From positions 310,001 through 368,074 of the forward strand of contig MU053754.1 of assembly GCA_013239625.1 (NCBI GenBank): DNA of 58,074 nucleotides. The letters run 5' to 3'. Every line of letters begins with the position of its first letter. Positions within the stretch are counted from its first letter, which is position 1. Shown piece by piece: positions 36,821 through 48,950 of this stretch. The notes beneath the pieces were generated by a model that had not been told where the DNA came from, did not search any database, and was given only the letters and a program-made list of their open reading frames with translations. The translations under genes were made by a program, and so were the position numbers. The DNA comes from Lama guanicoe (Eukaryota).

Positions 36821-37772
36821 TGTGGTGGGTTAAGGATGGTCACACATTTTCGGCAGACCTCAAGAGACAGAGGCTCTTTCCCTACCCCTTCCATTGGGAC
36901 TTGCCTTGTGGTTTGCTTTCACCGATGAAATGCTGAACAAAGCAGTGCTGATAAGAATTGAAGCCTGGACTTGTAGAAGCCAAGTAGCTTCCCCTTCTGT
37001 TTTTCTTGACTGGGTTGTAATGTGGACAAGCCTAAGCTAGCCTCCTGGAGGACGTGAGACCATAAGGAGCGGAGGCACAGCTATCTTTGTTACCAAGTCC
37101 TAACTTGTTCTGCTCAGCGCACGGCGGGATGGTAAATCGGGAGTTGTGGTGCTGGGGCAAGGATTAATGACTTCATTCAGAAGGTCGGCAGATTGAGATG
37201 ATGGGGGACTAATGTCCCGGAGAACCATCTTCCCCAAGTCAGAATTCAGGCTCCCTTTATACTGAACAGGGTAGAGGGTGTGGTTGGTTGTTGCAAACTT
37301 CTTGGTATCCATATCCTTTGCTCTTGCAGCTGTCTGGGTAGGTCAGGTCTTGTTCCCATAAACCAACAAGGAAAATGTTATCTTCTGTTCTGCAACTTTT
37401 TTTCTCTAGATGAATGGGAAAGTGTTATAGTCTTAAAGGTCAGAGCCTTGAGAATGGGCTCTCCTGTATATTTCATTCTTTTACAAAAGGTGCAGCTCCA
37501 GCATGACTAAGCACAGGCAACAGAGCACAGGCTTAGAGACAAAGGGACAGATCTAACATGGCGTCGAATTTGTTCATCACTATGACACCTTGGCTGTCCC
37601 AGCCGAGGCCCCAGAAATATGATCCAGAGATACGACAAGCCGCGGTGTTGAGGGATATCCACTGAGCCCTCCCCAAACGATCACTCTACCGTATCTTGAG
37701 AAAATAAACAGTCTCTGTTTTGAACCACTAAGTGTGGAATGTATAACTCTGCAGCAAAGGGCAACTGAGACA
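36821..37772 (+). mobile_element. MaLR LTR (MLT1F/G-like) interrupted by an ERV1 LTR
   Basis: Starts tgtggtgggttaaggatggtcacacatt; resumes after 37587 with ggctgtcccagccgaggcccc...ttttgaaccactaagtgtgg...aactgagaca. Confidence 0.75.
37088..37587 (-). mobile_element. ERV1 solo LTR
   Basis: tgttacc...tatgaca termini, 4-bp TSD tctt/cctt; homologous along its length to 52437-52983. Confidence 0.9.
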
Positions 37773-38816
37773 ATACCCACTACCCAACATGCCCAAAGAA
37801 TTCACTATGAAGTGTACGTAGGCAGATGCTTACCAAAGATAATACCAGGGATTCAAACCTCGGCTAATGCAGAAAGTGCAAGTATGTGCTAATGCTTGTT
37901 CTGTTCTTTTTGGAGTAAGATAAGGCACAAAATTATCTTTTTTAAAGAAATCTGATACAGGAAGCAAACAAGTTCGTCACATGAATTTTCTCCTGATGCC
38001 AAATTCTGGAGGGATTTTGTCTCATGGGCCGTTTATGTTAAAGACAGCACAAAAAAGTGCTTTTATATGTCTGATTTTAAAAACAGATACTTAATGAGTA
38101 ATCAAAGGGAGTTACTCTAATGTGAGAGGGGTGATTATTTCTGGAGACATATTTTGATTAAAGAAAACACTTAGAAATTAAAAAGTTTAGGTGAGATAAT
38201 ATGCCAATTAAAATACTTTTCCAACAGATGTATAATTCCAGTTGTGTTTTTGTAGGAAGTTGTATACTAAATTCAACATTGCACTGTTTGTCCATGAATG
38301 AATGCCTTTAATAGAATTATTCTGAGGGCAATGAAGTTGAAGTTCTACTATTGAAAGAAAGGTCTTTATTTACATGTTTGTCAAGAAGGAAAGTCTTTCT
38401 CAAGTTTGTCCACACACCCAGTTTTTATCAATATTTATCTCACGAAATGGTAACCGTTCAACACTGTGTAAGTTACTCATTTGAGACTTCTCACTTTTAT
38501 GACTTAGTGCAAAAAGATACTATTTTGGCTTAGAAAAGATTGTGCGTGGGTTACCCGTTGATTGTTGCAGATGTAACAGCATAACTGCATTGCGGTTAGG
38601 CAGTGCCAGTTTTCAGCATCCTGGTCTCCCCACGCAGCTGCGGGATGAATTAGGTATGAGGTCCACGCTGGGTAGCAGGCACTCTTGTTGAATTAAACAG
38701 TGAGGGGGAAAAAGAAACCAAAAAAAAAAGTGAGGAGGATGTGCTCAAAACATTCTGTATCATCTACATGGCTGCCATTCTCTAACATGTATTTTGCACC
38801 ATATTCAGCTGTTCCT

Positions 38817-39392
38817 TGAGGTACAGAGATTGCATTAGTGCCCCGATCCATCACCCCTTCTTGTAGCCACACCCTTCACAGTGTGAGTTTGTGGCGCCTC
38901 ATTGTACTAGATGGGGCAGTGGTCTGCACCCACGGTACTGAGTTCACCCTTGTTACATGCTTTAGCTAACGGATGTCAACACTTGTGACAAAAGCAAAGG
39001 TTTTAGTTATTAAAAAATAATTTTTTAAGATGCTTGAACCATATGGTTTATTAATTTAAAGTGTACGATGCAGAGCAAAGGAAAGTAGATGAAAAGCAGA
39101 GGTTCTAAAAGAGCTTGTGCTTTTCCGTTTGCTCCCACTACTCCCCTAGTCCTGAGAGCATGCCTGGTCTGGCTTGTTGGCAATAAGAGATCTATGGTGA
39201 CGTATCTCAGATGACAGCCAGACCATGGCACACCTTGTGAGTGAAGTCAGCAAACAGCAAAGAACTGCCCAGCTAAACATAATCTAAACATCTGCCTGTC
39301 CACCTCATGAGATAAATAACTGCACTTTATTTTAACCCACTGAGCGAAGGGATGTTTGTCATGTGGTTTTACAGTAGTACTAGATAAGCAGT
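38817..39392 (+). mobile_element. MaLR LTR (MLT1H-like) carrying an internal insertion
   Basis: acatgctttagctaacggatgtc...gaactgcccagcta...ttttaacccactgagcgaagggatgtttgtcatg...tagataagcagt. Confidence 0.65.
39005..39091 (-). pseudogene. Putative 5'-truncated retrocopy of a transcript 3' end
   Basis: Minus strand AATAAA (39047-39052), A-tract 20 nt later; flanked by 15-bp TSD aaaagcaaaggtttt / aaaagcagaggttct. Confidence 0.6.
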
Positions 39393-39991
39393 CTTTTCTT
39401 TAGTATACCCTTGTTTGACTGAGATCACCCCACTGGAATAGAGAAGAGTATGTTACCTTTTGCCATAGTTGCAGGGCTGCAATCAATCATCTTTTGGTTA
39501 AATGAATAAATTTATTGTAATTTAATATAACATCCTCTGTCCCTCTGTGTCAACACAATATGTTAATCATTATAACAATTACCTTAAAACAAGAGGAGCA
39601 GAGTTGTACTGTTTTGTACCATTATGCAATCAACAGCTATGCCACCGAGGTACAAAGTAGCTTTGTCATCAGTGAGCATCTGATATTTGTAACTGCTCAA
39701 TTGCATGATGATTTGGATGGTTTTTCTCATGCTTTAGCCTGTAGGTGTTGGGGTGGAGAGGAGAGGGGTTTGAGTGGTCTGTCTGACACCCTGATTATGG
39801 TGTGTGCAGGCATCGTGTGCAATGCCCTGCTTTTGCTCCTGACAGCTCAGAAATGGCAGCTGGATTTCTGTTTTCAGTATCTTTTTCCCATAATTCATCC
39901 CAACTGCATATGTTTGCAGTTATTTTAAGTCTTGGTGGTTTCTTTGTTTTTTGCTGCTCAAAGTGCAGGTCCCAGCCTGTGCAGGTGCTGC

Positions 39992-40577
39992 AGTAAGAGG
40001 TCCGAGGTCTCAGCCTGCCTCTGTACTAGAAACAAATATCAACCTCACTTTTTTGACCTTTAAAGGAGAACCACAAACTAAATTGGATATTATTTCACAG
40101 ACACACAATGCTTTTTTTTTTTTAATTTTCTGAGAAGAAAGCAGGTCTTATTTCATTGTCTGTTGACAAAGGATGCTGGAACCATGAATCTCAGATTCCA
40201 AGTTTTTCTTTAGAGCACTTTTCCATAGACCTCCTTCGTAAATACCCTTTGCTCTAAGCACGAGATTATTAGTAGATTCCCATAACTGGAGATAAACAAC
40301 ATACCCAGTTGAAAGGAGGCAACCACTGCATCTGCAGAAACAAGAACAACATCGCAATAATTTGTTGATGTGTATGGAAACCAGAACCGCCCCTTGAACT
40401 TTTACCGTAAAAAGCCCTACTTTCTCTCTCCAGCACGCTCACAGCCTTGAAGGTATTGGCCCACTGTGACCCTCTTTGTATTGCAAAGAAATGAAGTTGC
40501 CTTTTCTACTTCATCCAAAACTCTGTCCTCGAGTCTTGATTTGGTAATCGAGGTACGAAGGCTGAGCTTTGGCAGTG
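39992..40577 (+). mobile_element. ERV1-type LTR, apparently interrupted by a ~149-bp insert
   Basis: 3' half typical: taaaaagccctac...ccttttctacttcatccaaaactctgtcctcgag...aggctgagctttggcag; 5' boundary inferred. Confidence 0.65.
40053..40201 (+). repeat. Dispersed direct repeat, copy 1 (~149 bp)
   Basis: ttgacctttaaaggagaaccacaaac...gaatctcagattccaa; about 5-6 differences from 41603-41750. Confidence 0.97.
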
Positions 40578-40809
40578 GGTTTGCGTCACTTTTAAGGCAC
40601 GCTTGTACCAGTTCCTCATTCTGGACGGAATCAACTAATAAAGCGGGAAAACCTTCCAGATATCTTCACATATTTATTAAACACCAGAAAATGGGCTGCA
40701 TAGTCAGAACCCATAGGGGACCTGTGTTTGTGGAACTTAGATTCTTGCTTGAAAGGTAAAGCAATATAGTAGACACTGGTGTTGAATCACATGGCAGTTT
40801 GGCCTGCTA

Positions 40810-41050
40810 ACCCTGCAGCAAAAGAGCCCTGTGTTCAAATCCTAGCATCATTGTTTCTCGGGTTGGTGAAGGTGGATATGATTCTTCAATTCTCCAAGCA
40901 TCAGCTTTCTCATAAAATAAATATTGAGGCTGTCAATATTACTTCCATAAGAGGGTTGCTTTGCAAGTTAAGTCAAATGGTATACTCAGAATGCACAGCA
41001 GAATACCTGGCAGATACTTAACTGTTCAGTAAATTGTAGTTATAATTATT
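40810..41050 (+). mobile_element. MIR SINE
   Basis: gttcaaatcctagc...tctccaagcatcagctttctcat...acttccataagagggttg...cctggcagatacttaactgttcagtaaattgtagttat. Confidence 0.75.
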
Positions 41051-41602
41051 AAGACTGCTCGCTGCTCATAGAAGCCTGAAAATTCAGGAACGGCAGTTTA
41101 TTAGGGACAAAATTAGTGCGGAATTCTGATGAGCTGTGCAGAAAAGTAATGAATCACCATGTTTGTGACAGAGTTGTCTCTCTTTGAAAATGGGGAATAA
41201 TTTTTTTTTTTTACTTCCTCCTAAGGGACCCAGACTTGAGGTATTAGAAGCAGCACCGTAAGGACAGAGGTCCTTACCATCTGAAACCAGATGTGAGCAC
41301 ATCTGGGAACAGCAGATCAGTCAGAGCAATGCTCAGCTAGGTTATTAATCACACAGATTAGAACGGACCCTGCAAAGTTTCTGGTGCTCCCAAATTACTA
41401 ATGATTTTGAGAGTCCCACGAAGACTTTAGGAACTACGAAATCACCAACTTGGCTGTATGTTCAGTACTCGCAGTGAGGAAAATAATTCTCCATTAGCGG
41501 AAATGCAGAAAACAGAGGCAGATGAAAACATGACACAAAACAGAAATCTCTTTTTCTAGAGCATCAGTGTTGTGGTGGACTGTCTCCCAAGATTTGTGTT
41601 TC

Positions 41603-41750
41603 TTGACCTTTAAAGGAGAACCACAAACTAAATTGGATATTATTTCACAGACACACAAGGCTTTTTTTTTTTTAATTTTCTGAGAAGAAAGCAGGTGTTA
41701 TTTCACTGTCTCTGACAAAGGATGCTGGAACCATGAATCTGAGATTCCAA
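41603..41750 (+). repeat. Dispersed direct repeat, copy 2
   Basis: Matches 40053-40201 at an offset of about 1550 bp. Confidence 0.97.
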
Positions 41751-43649
41751 ACTGAAGATTGCAGTAAAATATCAGAGTTACCGTTTGCACCCTTAAAATT
41801 GCTGTAATAGACCTTGGCACTTTTGAACCTTTGTTCTACTGAAAGGTGAAAGGAAACTGTGCACAGGTGTCGGACATAAACAGGATGGTATTAAACAGCC
41901 CTGTATTAGCAGGTTGGAAATACTCTGATGAAACAGAACTACACAGTATCTTGAAGAAAAACCAAAACTGCTTACTCTGGTCTCTCTTAAAAACAACAAG
42001 AAAAGCAAAACTCTGAAATCTGCTTTGGTTTTGAGCTTATGGACACTCTGAGTTCTCTGTTTTCTTCCTTAGGGTGTTTGAAAATAATCTCAGAATGCTT
42101 CGCATCAGCATAATCCATTAATCATAGTGGTAGAAGTTTACTCGATTTCCTGAGACCCATCCTAGTTAGGCACAGCTGTCTGTCTAACTGGATGCCTCAA
42201 AGTTATGTCCAGAGCCCTTGGACATGTGGATCTGAAAGGAGGTGGGGTGCAGTACACACCGACCCTTGCTTAGAAGGCTATTGGGAAGGTAACTGGGCGG
42301 TTGCTTTTTTAGGATGTGAGGTTGGCTCCGTGGATCCTTGTTGGAAGTGTATGCCTGGAGATAAAGCACATCCTTGGGACCTGATAAAAAACATCTTGTC
42401 CTGGAATGCTATAACCTGGGTCATGCCCTGCACACTGACTGAAGGACAGTCATCCAGCGTCTCAACTGACCAGCTCTGAATGTGCACATGTGCGCCTGTG
42501 TTCTCGACCTGGCAGTGTCGAAGTACCTTCAAGTACTGAAAGGAAATTGCAGTGAACCACTTCTGTGGCCAGAGATCTAAGCCAAGCCACAGTCAGAGAA
42601 GAAATGCCTGTTCATCATCCCCTTCCCTGCATCCTGCAGAGGCAATGGGACAGCTGACGAGAGCGTTTCAATGTGTGTGCCAAAGACCTGAATTTCCTTT
42701 TTCATTCTCTGTGGAGTTATTGCCCAGAGATTCAACAGAAGATAACAAAGTGATAATTCAGTCCCCACCAGATCCGTCTGTCTTAACGCAGAGGCATGAC
42801 TGGTCGTCTGCCAGGTGACAAGGAGTCCCTCTTCAAATTATTGCCTCGACTCAGATTTACAAACAGATACTAAAAGTACAGGGTAGGGGGTCCCAAATCA
42901 CCAGCTTTCACAGTGAACATCCAAGGAGCTCATGATCATCACATTTTTTTCCTAGCCAATACCTTGTTTTCTCCATATATGAATTAAGCACTTGCTTGTG
43001 TCCTTCTGTGTCTTTGCTGTTGATACACTGTAGTCTTGTCACTTCCTAATCGGTGTCCACTCAATACATTTAAGCTTCACCTTTTCTGTCTTTGGTCAGC
43101 TAGACGACTGATGCACTACACAAATACACAAATTTTGCTCATAAAACTATAAAATTATGAACAAGCAGTAATGGCTTAATGGAATTTCTCCCTCTATTTC
43201 AGTGTTTCACTGAAGAACTCCATCACGTTTTGTTTCGAGAGTATGCTGGCTGCTAAATGCAGTGCAGGAGTGAAAGGGGAGTTTGGCCACTTCCCTGCCC
43301 GCAAATTACATTGCCTCAGTGGCTGGCTCCTCTCTTTGTTGGGCTGACCCTAAGCGAGAGATTTTAGGGTGAAGGAAAGCCTGGATCTGGGCTCTGAAAA
43401 AGTATGTGGGGGAAGAAGATAATAGATGTGTTCACGACACAATGAACATCAAAGGTCATCGGGGATCAAACATTTGCCCTGTATGGATATGAAATATCAA
43501 AGTCATGTGTTCACATTAGATTCTGTTTTTTGGAGGTTTCAGTTCCTTTCTTTGCCCCACTATATAAAAGTAATTATAATTAAAGAGAGAATATTTGGGA
43601 AGCATTAGAACAGGTGGAGATGATTAACCTAGAAAAAAAGACACTATAT

Positions 43650-43930
43650 TTTTTCCTTTTTATGGAAGTATGGTTGATATGTTACATATTATTTCATGTG
43701 TGTTACAGTTGTACAATATGGTGATTCACAGTTTTTAAGTTTATACTGCATTTATAGTTGTTATACAATAGTGGCTTTATTCCCTTGCTGTGCAGCATAT
43801 CCTTGTAGCTTATTTTATGCATAATAGTTTGTGCTTCTTAATCCCTTACCTGTGTATCGCCCCTCACTTCTTCCTTCTCTCCCCTGGTAGCCACTAGTTT
43901 GTTCTCTGTGTCTGTGCGTCTGCTACTTTG
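43650..43930 (-). mobile_element. Cetartiodactyl L1 3' end
   Basis: ttttatggaagtatggttgat...gtgattcacagtttttaag...ctggtagccactagtttgttctctgtgtctgtg; flanked by similar agaaaaaaa(a)gac sequences (possible TSD). Confidence 0.85.
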
Positions 43931-44299
43931 AGAAAAAAGACCTTACCTTGCTGTTGAAACATCTGACAATCATACGGTGGAAGGAATGAACTCCCCCTTT
44001 TGAAACCTCGAGGGCAGTTGTACATCTCGTGGGCGAAAGTCACCAGGAGGCAGAAATAAGAAAAAAAGCATTAAAGTAAGAAAAATTATATATTAAATAT
44101 ACAGATTCTAAGCATAATACTGTTTTAGAAAGAACATTGATTAATATGGTTAGAGTTTATATTCAGTTTCCCAAAAATATTGGAGTTACTTTCATGATTG
44201 TGTTTCTGATGCCTTTCACAGCGTCTGCTGCTTAAGAAATGTTCAGGAAGTCCTGCTATCATTATTTTTGAGATTATACTCTTATCATTAATTCAGAGT

Positions 44300-44415
44300 T
44301 TTCCCGGGCAGACGCAGAGCACATGTCACTTGTTCACTTCATTATCAGTAGTACTAAGCATTTTCCTGGTATAGAAGAGAGTCAGTTAACATTTGTTAAG
44401 TAATAAATAAAAAGG
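44300..44415 (+). mobile_element. L2 3' end fragment
   Basis: cttgttcacttcattatcagtagtactaagcattttcctggtatagaagagagtcagttaacatttgttaagtaataaat. Confidence 0.6.
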
Positions 44416-44890
44416 AAACAATGAAAGCAATGTCCCCATTATCGTCTGGTGGTCAAAAAGAGATAAAAAGACATTGGAACCCATGTAGAGAAAGCAGGAT
44501 GTGAATTAGATTAGGAACCCCTGTGAAACAATCACTGACATTGAGCAATACGTTTAGTCCCAGTGGACCTTTATGTCAATCAAAGGAGGCACGTTGCCAG
44601 CTTACACCGTGTGCTGGAAAATGGAGACATTGGCAAGGATGTCAACTGGGTCCCTCAAGAGCGGACCAGGTGCTTCTATTTAGATTAGTCCTGGACTCCC
44701 AGAAACACACGGGTGACTCAGGAGAACAGTCTTAGGGCAACTTAGGTGTGTCATGTTAATCTGACAATATTACGGAAACCCTGTCTGCTTTAATCGAATT
44801 ACTTGTCATGTAGAATGCGTTTCCTTCAATAACGGGGTGCCCTGGAGCAATGACTATTTGATAAACAAACATTCTGGGGATGGGTACATC

Positions 44891-45047
44891 AGTCTGCAGA
44901 CTGTACTGGATATGAGTAAGCTAGTCTGCAGACTTCACTGGGAGTAAGTAAGCTAGCCTGTCGGCGCCCTCGGGCATGGAAGCCAGTCTGTGAACTTCCC
45001 GGGAGTCTTTAGACTCCACTGGGTGTGCGTAAGTTAGTCTATGGACT
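44891..45047. repeat. Degenerate ~32-bp minisatellite with palindromic core
   Basis: Units begin agtctg/agcctg/agtctt/agtcta at 44891, 44923, 44955, 44985, 45004, 45036; core agtctgcagact is self-complementary. Confidence 0.8.
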
Positions 45048-47022
45048 TTTTCCATGGAAATGGACTTATCCATGTGGGGAAAATGGACGTATGTACACAA
45101 GTGTCAGGATGAGTCAGCATTGTTGGGGACGAGCACCTGAAAACAAATGTCAGCCGTGTTATCCACCGAGAAGGAGCTTGAATCTGTTTACCGTGCATTC
45201 TGATACTCATAGGCACCAACAAAAGAAAAAGGAGGAAAAAAAAAGAAAAACAGAACAGCCCTATAACCAGTGCTTACTCGCGTTTAAGCACTCTCCTAAT
45301 TGCAAATAATATTACTAACAGCAATAACTAATAATATTAAGTCGTCAGAAGAAGTCCTTTGGCAGATGGGGTCCTGGATAAATTTTTCTCAATAATGAGT
45401 GACTGGGTGGAGAATGGTTCTTAGGATGACTGATAGCGTTGGAGGTTTAGGAAGAATTTTGGCAAATCAAATTAGATGGTTTTAAATAAGTATACTGTTA
45501 ATTCAAAGGTTTTAATAGAGGACTAAAGCAAATTTTAAAAATTGGCTGCTTCTTTGAGGCAGGTATTCTACCAATTTAGGTTTTCTAGTATAGAATATCT
45601 TAATTAATACATTTATAGTGTTAATTACAACTAGACAACAAATACTGGCTTCAGACATTTAAAAGCTACGCATTTGAAACTTTTTCTTATTTTTCAGTAG
45701 TGAAAAATTTTCGTAGTTTGGAATTAGACTTTCACTATAACATGTCAGTGTTGCTTTTTTTTTTTAGCTTTTTGGTAATTGTTTTCTCTGACTAATAATA
45801 AATGTGAAGAAAGTATATTTAGATCATGTCAGTTTCAAGAAAAGTCTGACTGTGTATTTCCTATCTTCACAAATCCTTCTGAGTAATTAAGTGTGTTCCT
45901 TGACAAACGCTTGTTGAAATGACAAGTTGTTTACACCTCTGTTTTGGATGCGTGTCGTCAGTGGCATTTTAGTCTCCCCGGTTTGTGTGTTTTGAGATGT
46001 GCTAATTGTGTGAGAAACCAGGCCTGCCCAGTCTGTAACCACAGGCAGGGATAATTCAGATGACAGAGAGTTTGTAATGGAGTTGAATGAGTGCTTTGGT
46101 TTCTGTAATGCTCAGCTCTCGATTAAACAGAAATTATTATTCCATGTATGTACTGCAGAAAAATGGAAGTTGTTTAAAAGACAGTATACCTATTATACGT
46201 TGGAATTAGGAGTCTTTTATGGCATTAAAATACCCAGGGAGGGAGAGGATCCAAATTACTAGACGTATTTCATGGCGGCACTGAGCCCTGACAGATCAGT
46301 TTAGTGCTTTTGAATATCATTAATGTGAGCATTTCTCATGCAACTTAAGGCTCTCATATTTAACATTGGGACACAGTCAAGATGTGGGCTTGGAAAGATA
46401 GATAAGAAACACCATTAAGGTTCAGGAATAGAAGAAATTACAGTGGGTAGTCAAATAGTGTGGGATTTTCTAGAACTTTGTTTTTAAGATGAGCAGATCC
46501 TGAAGATGGAGTGAAAGTTGCTCCACGTGAGGGGGATAATTGTTTCAGAGCTCATACGTATATATTTTATCCAGTATGTATGCAGAATTTAGAGACACCT
46601 TTCATCTCTATTTCCAGTCACCTTTTCCTCGGTTTCTTTCCTGGGAAGAATAGAGGTTGCAACACACAGCAACATGGAAATCCATCGGTGAAGAATTGAC
46701 TCTACGTATTAAGCATGTAGTCCTAAAATAAAAAATACTCGCTTTTCTCTCTTTTCCTTTGGAACATGAACAAAATCTACAACTTTTTAGAACCACATAT
46801 GCTTTCTTAAATAAAAAGACACAAAAGACATTTCATTATGTCCAAATTGATCATAATCACCGCCATAAAGTAAATAAATCTCATGATCATTCTGATCTCC
46901 AATATTTTCTGCTGCAAAGAATAAGTTTCTTATTCATGTTCCAGATCTTTGGTCTTGTAGTAACAGAAAAAACACACTCACAGAGGATTTGACTTAAGAA
47001 ACTCTTGATTAGTTCTATTACA

Positions 47023-47057
<35 letters not shown>
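47023..47057. repeat. (AAT)n microsatellite
   Basis: About 11 perfect AAT units. Confidence 0.98.
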
Positions 47058-47274
47058 GGTAGAAATTTCAAATACACTTGATTTCATGTTATTGGTATCT
47101 TTTATTTTAAATGACATTTATCATTTTATTTCTAGTTTCACAAGCATATCCTTGCAGACAACTAGAAATACATAAAAATGTAAGGTAAAAAATAGCAATT
47201 ACCCACAATGCCCAGAACCCAGAGATAACCACAATTAGCATTTTGATGCATTTCCCCTTAGTGTCTACAAATTT

Positions 47275-48950
47275 TTAAAAAATAATTGAAGTATAATTAA
47301 CCCAACACTGTGTTAGTTCCAAGTGCACAATATAGTGATTCAGTATTCCTATATGTTGCAAAATACAACACAAAAAGTCTACATACCATCACTCACCATA
47401 CAAAGATATTAGACTGTAATTGACTATGTGTCTCATGGTGTACATTTTCTCCCTGTGACTTCTTTCTTTTATAACTGGAAGTTTGTACCTGTTAATCTCC
47501 CTCACCTTTTTCCCTCATCCCTTTACCTGCACTCTGGCAACCACTTGTTTGTTCTCTGTTTCTGTATGTATATTTCCGTTTTGTTACGTTTGTTCATATA
47601 TGTATTCATAATGAATGTATAGATAATGAAATGTTAGTAACAGTTGTACACCACATGTTCTTTATCCATTCATTTACTAGTGGGCACTTAGCTTTCTTCC
47701 ATACCTTGGCTGTTGTAAATAATGCTGCAGTAAGCATAGAGGAGTATGTATCTTTTCAAATTAGTGTTTTGTTTTCTTCAGAAAAACACCCACAAGTGTA
47801 GCTGCTGGATTGTGTGGACACAATTTCTAGCTTTTTAAGAATCATCCATAGTGTTTTCCACAGCGACTGCACTAATTTACATTCCCACCAGCAGTGTACA
47901 AGGGTTCTCTTTTCTCCACATCCTTCCAGCTTTTGTGGTTTGTTGCCTTTTTGATGATAGCCGTTCTGACAGGTGTAAGGTGGTATCTCATTATGGTTTT
48001 GATTTGCATTTCCCTCATGATTAGTGATGTTGAGAATCTTTTCATGTGCCTGTTGTCCATCTGTGCATCTTCTTTGGAAAAAATGTCTGTTCAGATCCTC
48101 TGTCCATTTTTTTAATTGGGTTTTTTTTTTAATGTTTAGTTGTTTGCATTCTTTATATATTTTGGATATTAACCTGTTATTGGACATATCATTTGCAAAA
48201 TCTTCTCCTATTTAGTAGGTTGTTTTTTCATTTTGTTGATTGCTTCCTTCCCTATACAAAAGGTTTTTAGTTTGGTGTTGTCTTGTTTATTTTTGCTTCT
48301 ATTTCTCTTGCCTGGAAGAGAAATCCAAAAATATTGCAAAGATCAGTGTTGAAGAGTTTACTGCCTATGTTTTCTTCTAGAAGATTGGTGGTTTCAAGTC
48401 TGACATTTAACTCTAATCTGTTTTCAGTTTACTATTGTATAACGGTGTGAGAAAGTAGTCCAGTTTGACTGTTTTGCATGTTAGCTGTCCAGTTTTCTCA
48501 GCACCATTTTTTGAAAAGGTTGTCTTTTCCCAATTACATATTTGTGCCTCCTTTATCATAGACAAATTGACCATATAAGTGAGGGTTCATTTCTGGGGTC
48601 TCTATTCTGTTGGATTAATCTGTGTGTGTCTGGTTTTGTGCCAGTACCATACTGTTTTGGTTACTGTAGCTTTATATTATTATTTCAAATCAGAGCATTT
48701 GATACGTACAACTTGGTTTTCCTTTCTCAAGATTGTTTTGGCTATTTGGGGTCTCTTGTGTCTCCATATAAATTTTAGAATTATTTGTTCTAGTTTTGTG
48801 AAAATTGCCATTGGTATTTTGATAGCGATTGCATTGAAGCTGTGGATTGGTACTATGGTCATTTTAATAATAAGAATCCTTCGAATCCATGAGCATGGTA
48901 TGTCCTTCCATTTTGTTTAGGTTGTCCTCAGTTTCTTCCATTATCAGTAT
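47275..48950 (-). mobile_element. L1 ORF2 C-terminal half and 3'UTR (L1MA-like), internally deleted and frameshifted
   Basis: Minus ORFs give LISKIYKE...[57 protein letters not shown], all L1 ORF2p motifs. Confidence 0.95.

Noticed and set aside
44891..45047. CRISPR-like array (palindromic repeat plus spacers)
   Set aside because: The linkers are homologous to one another, the repeats are short and degenerate, there are no cas genes, and the context is eukaryotic. It is a minisatellite.
47756..48862. Protein-coding gene from the 143-aa and adjacent minus-strand ORFs
   Set aside because: These are frameshifted L1 ORF2p C-terminal sequences.
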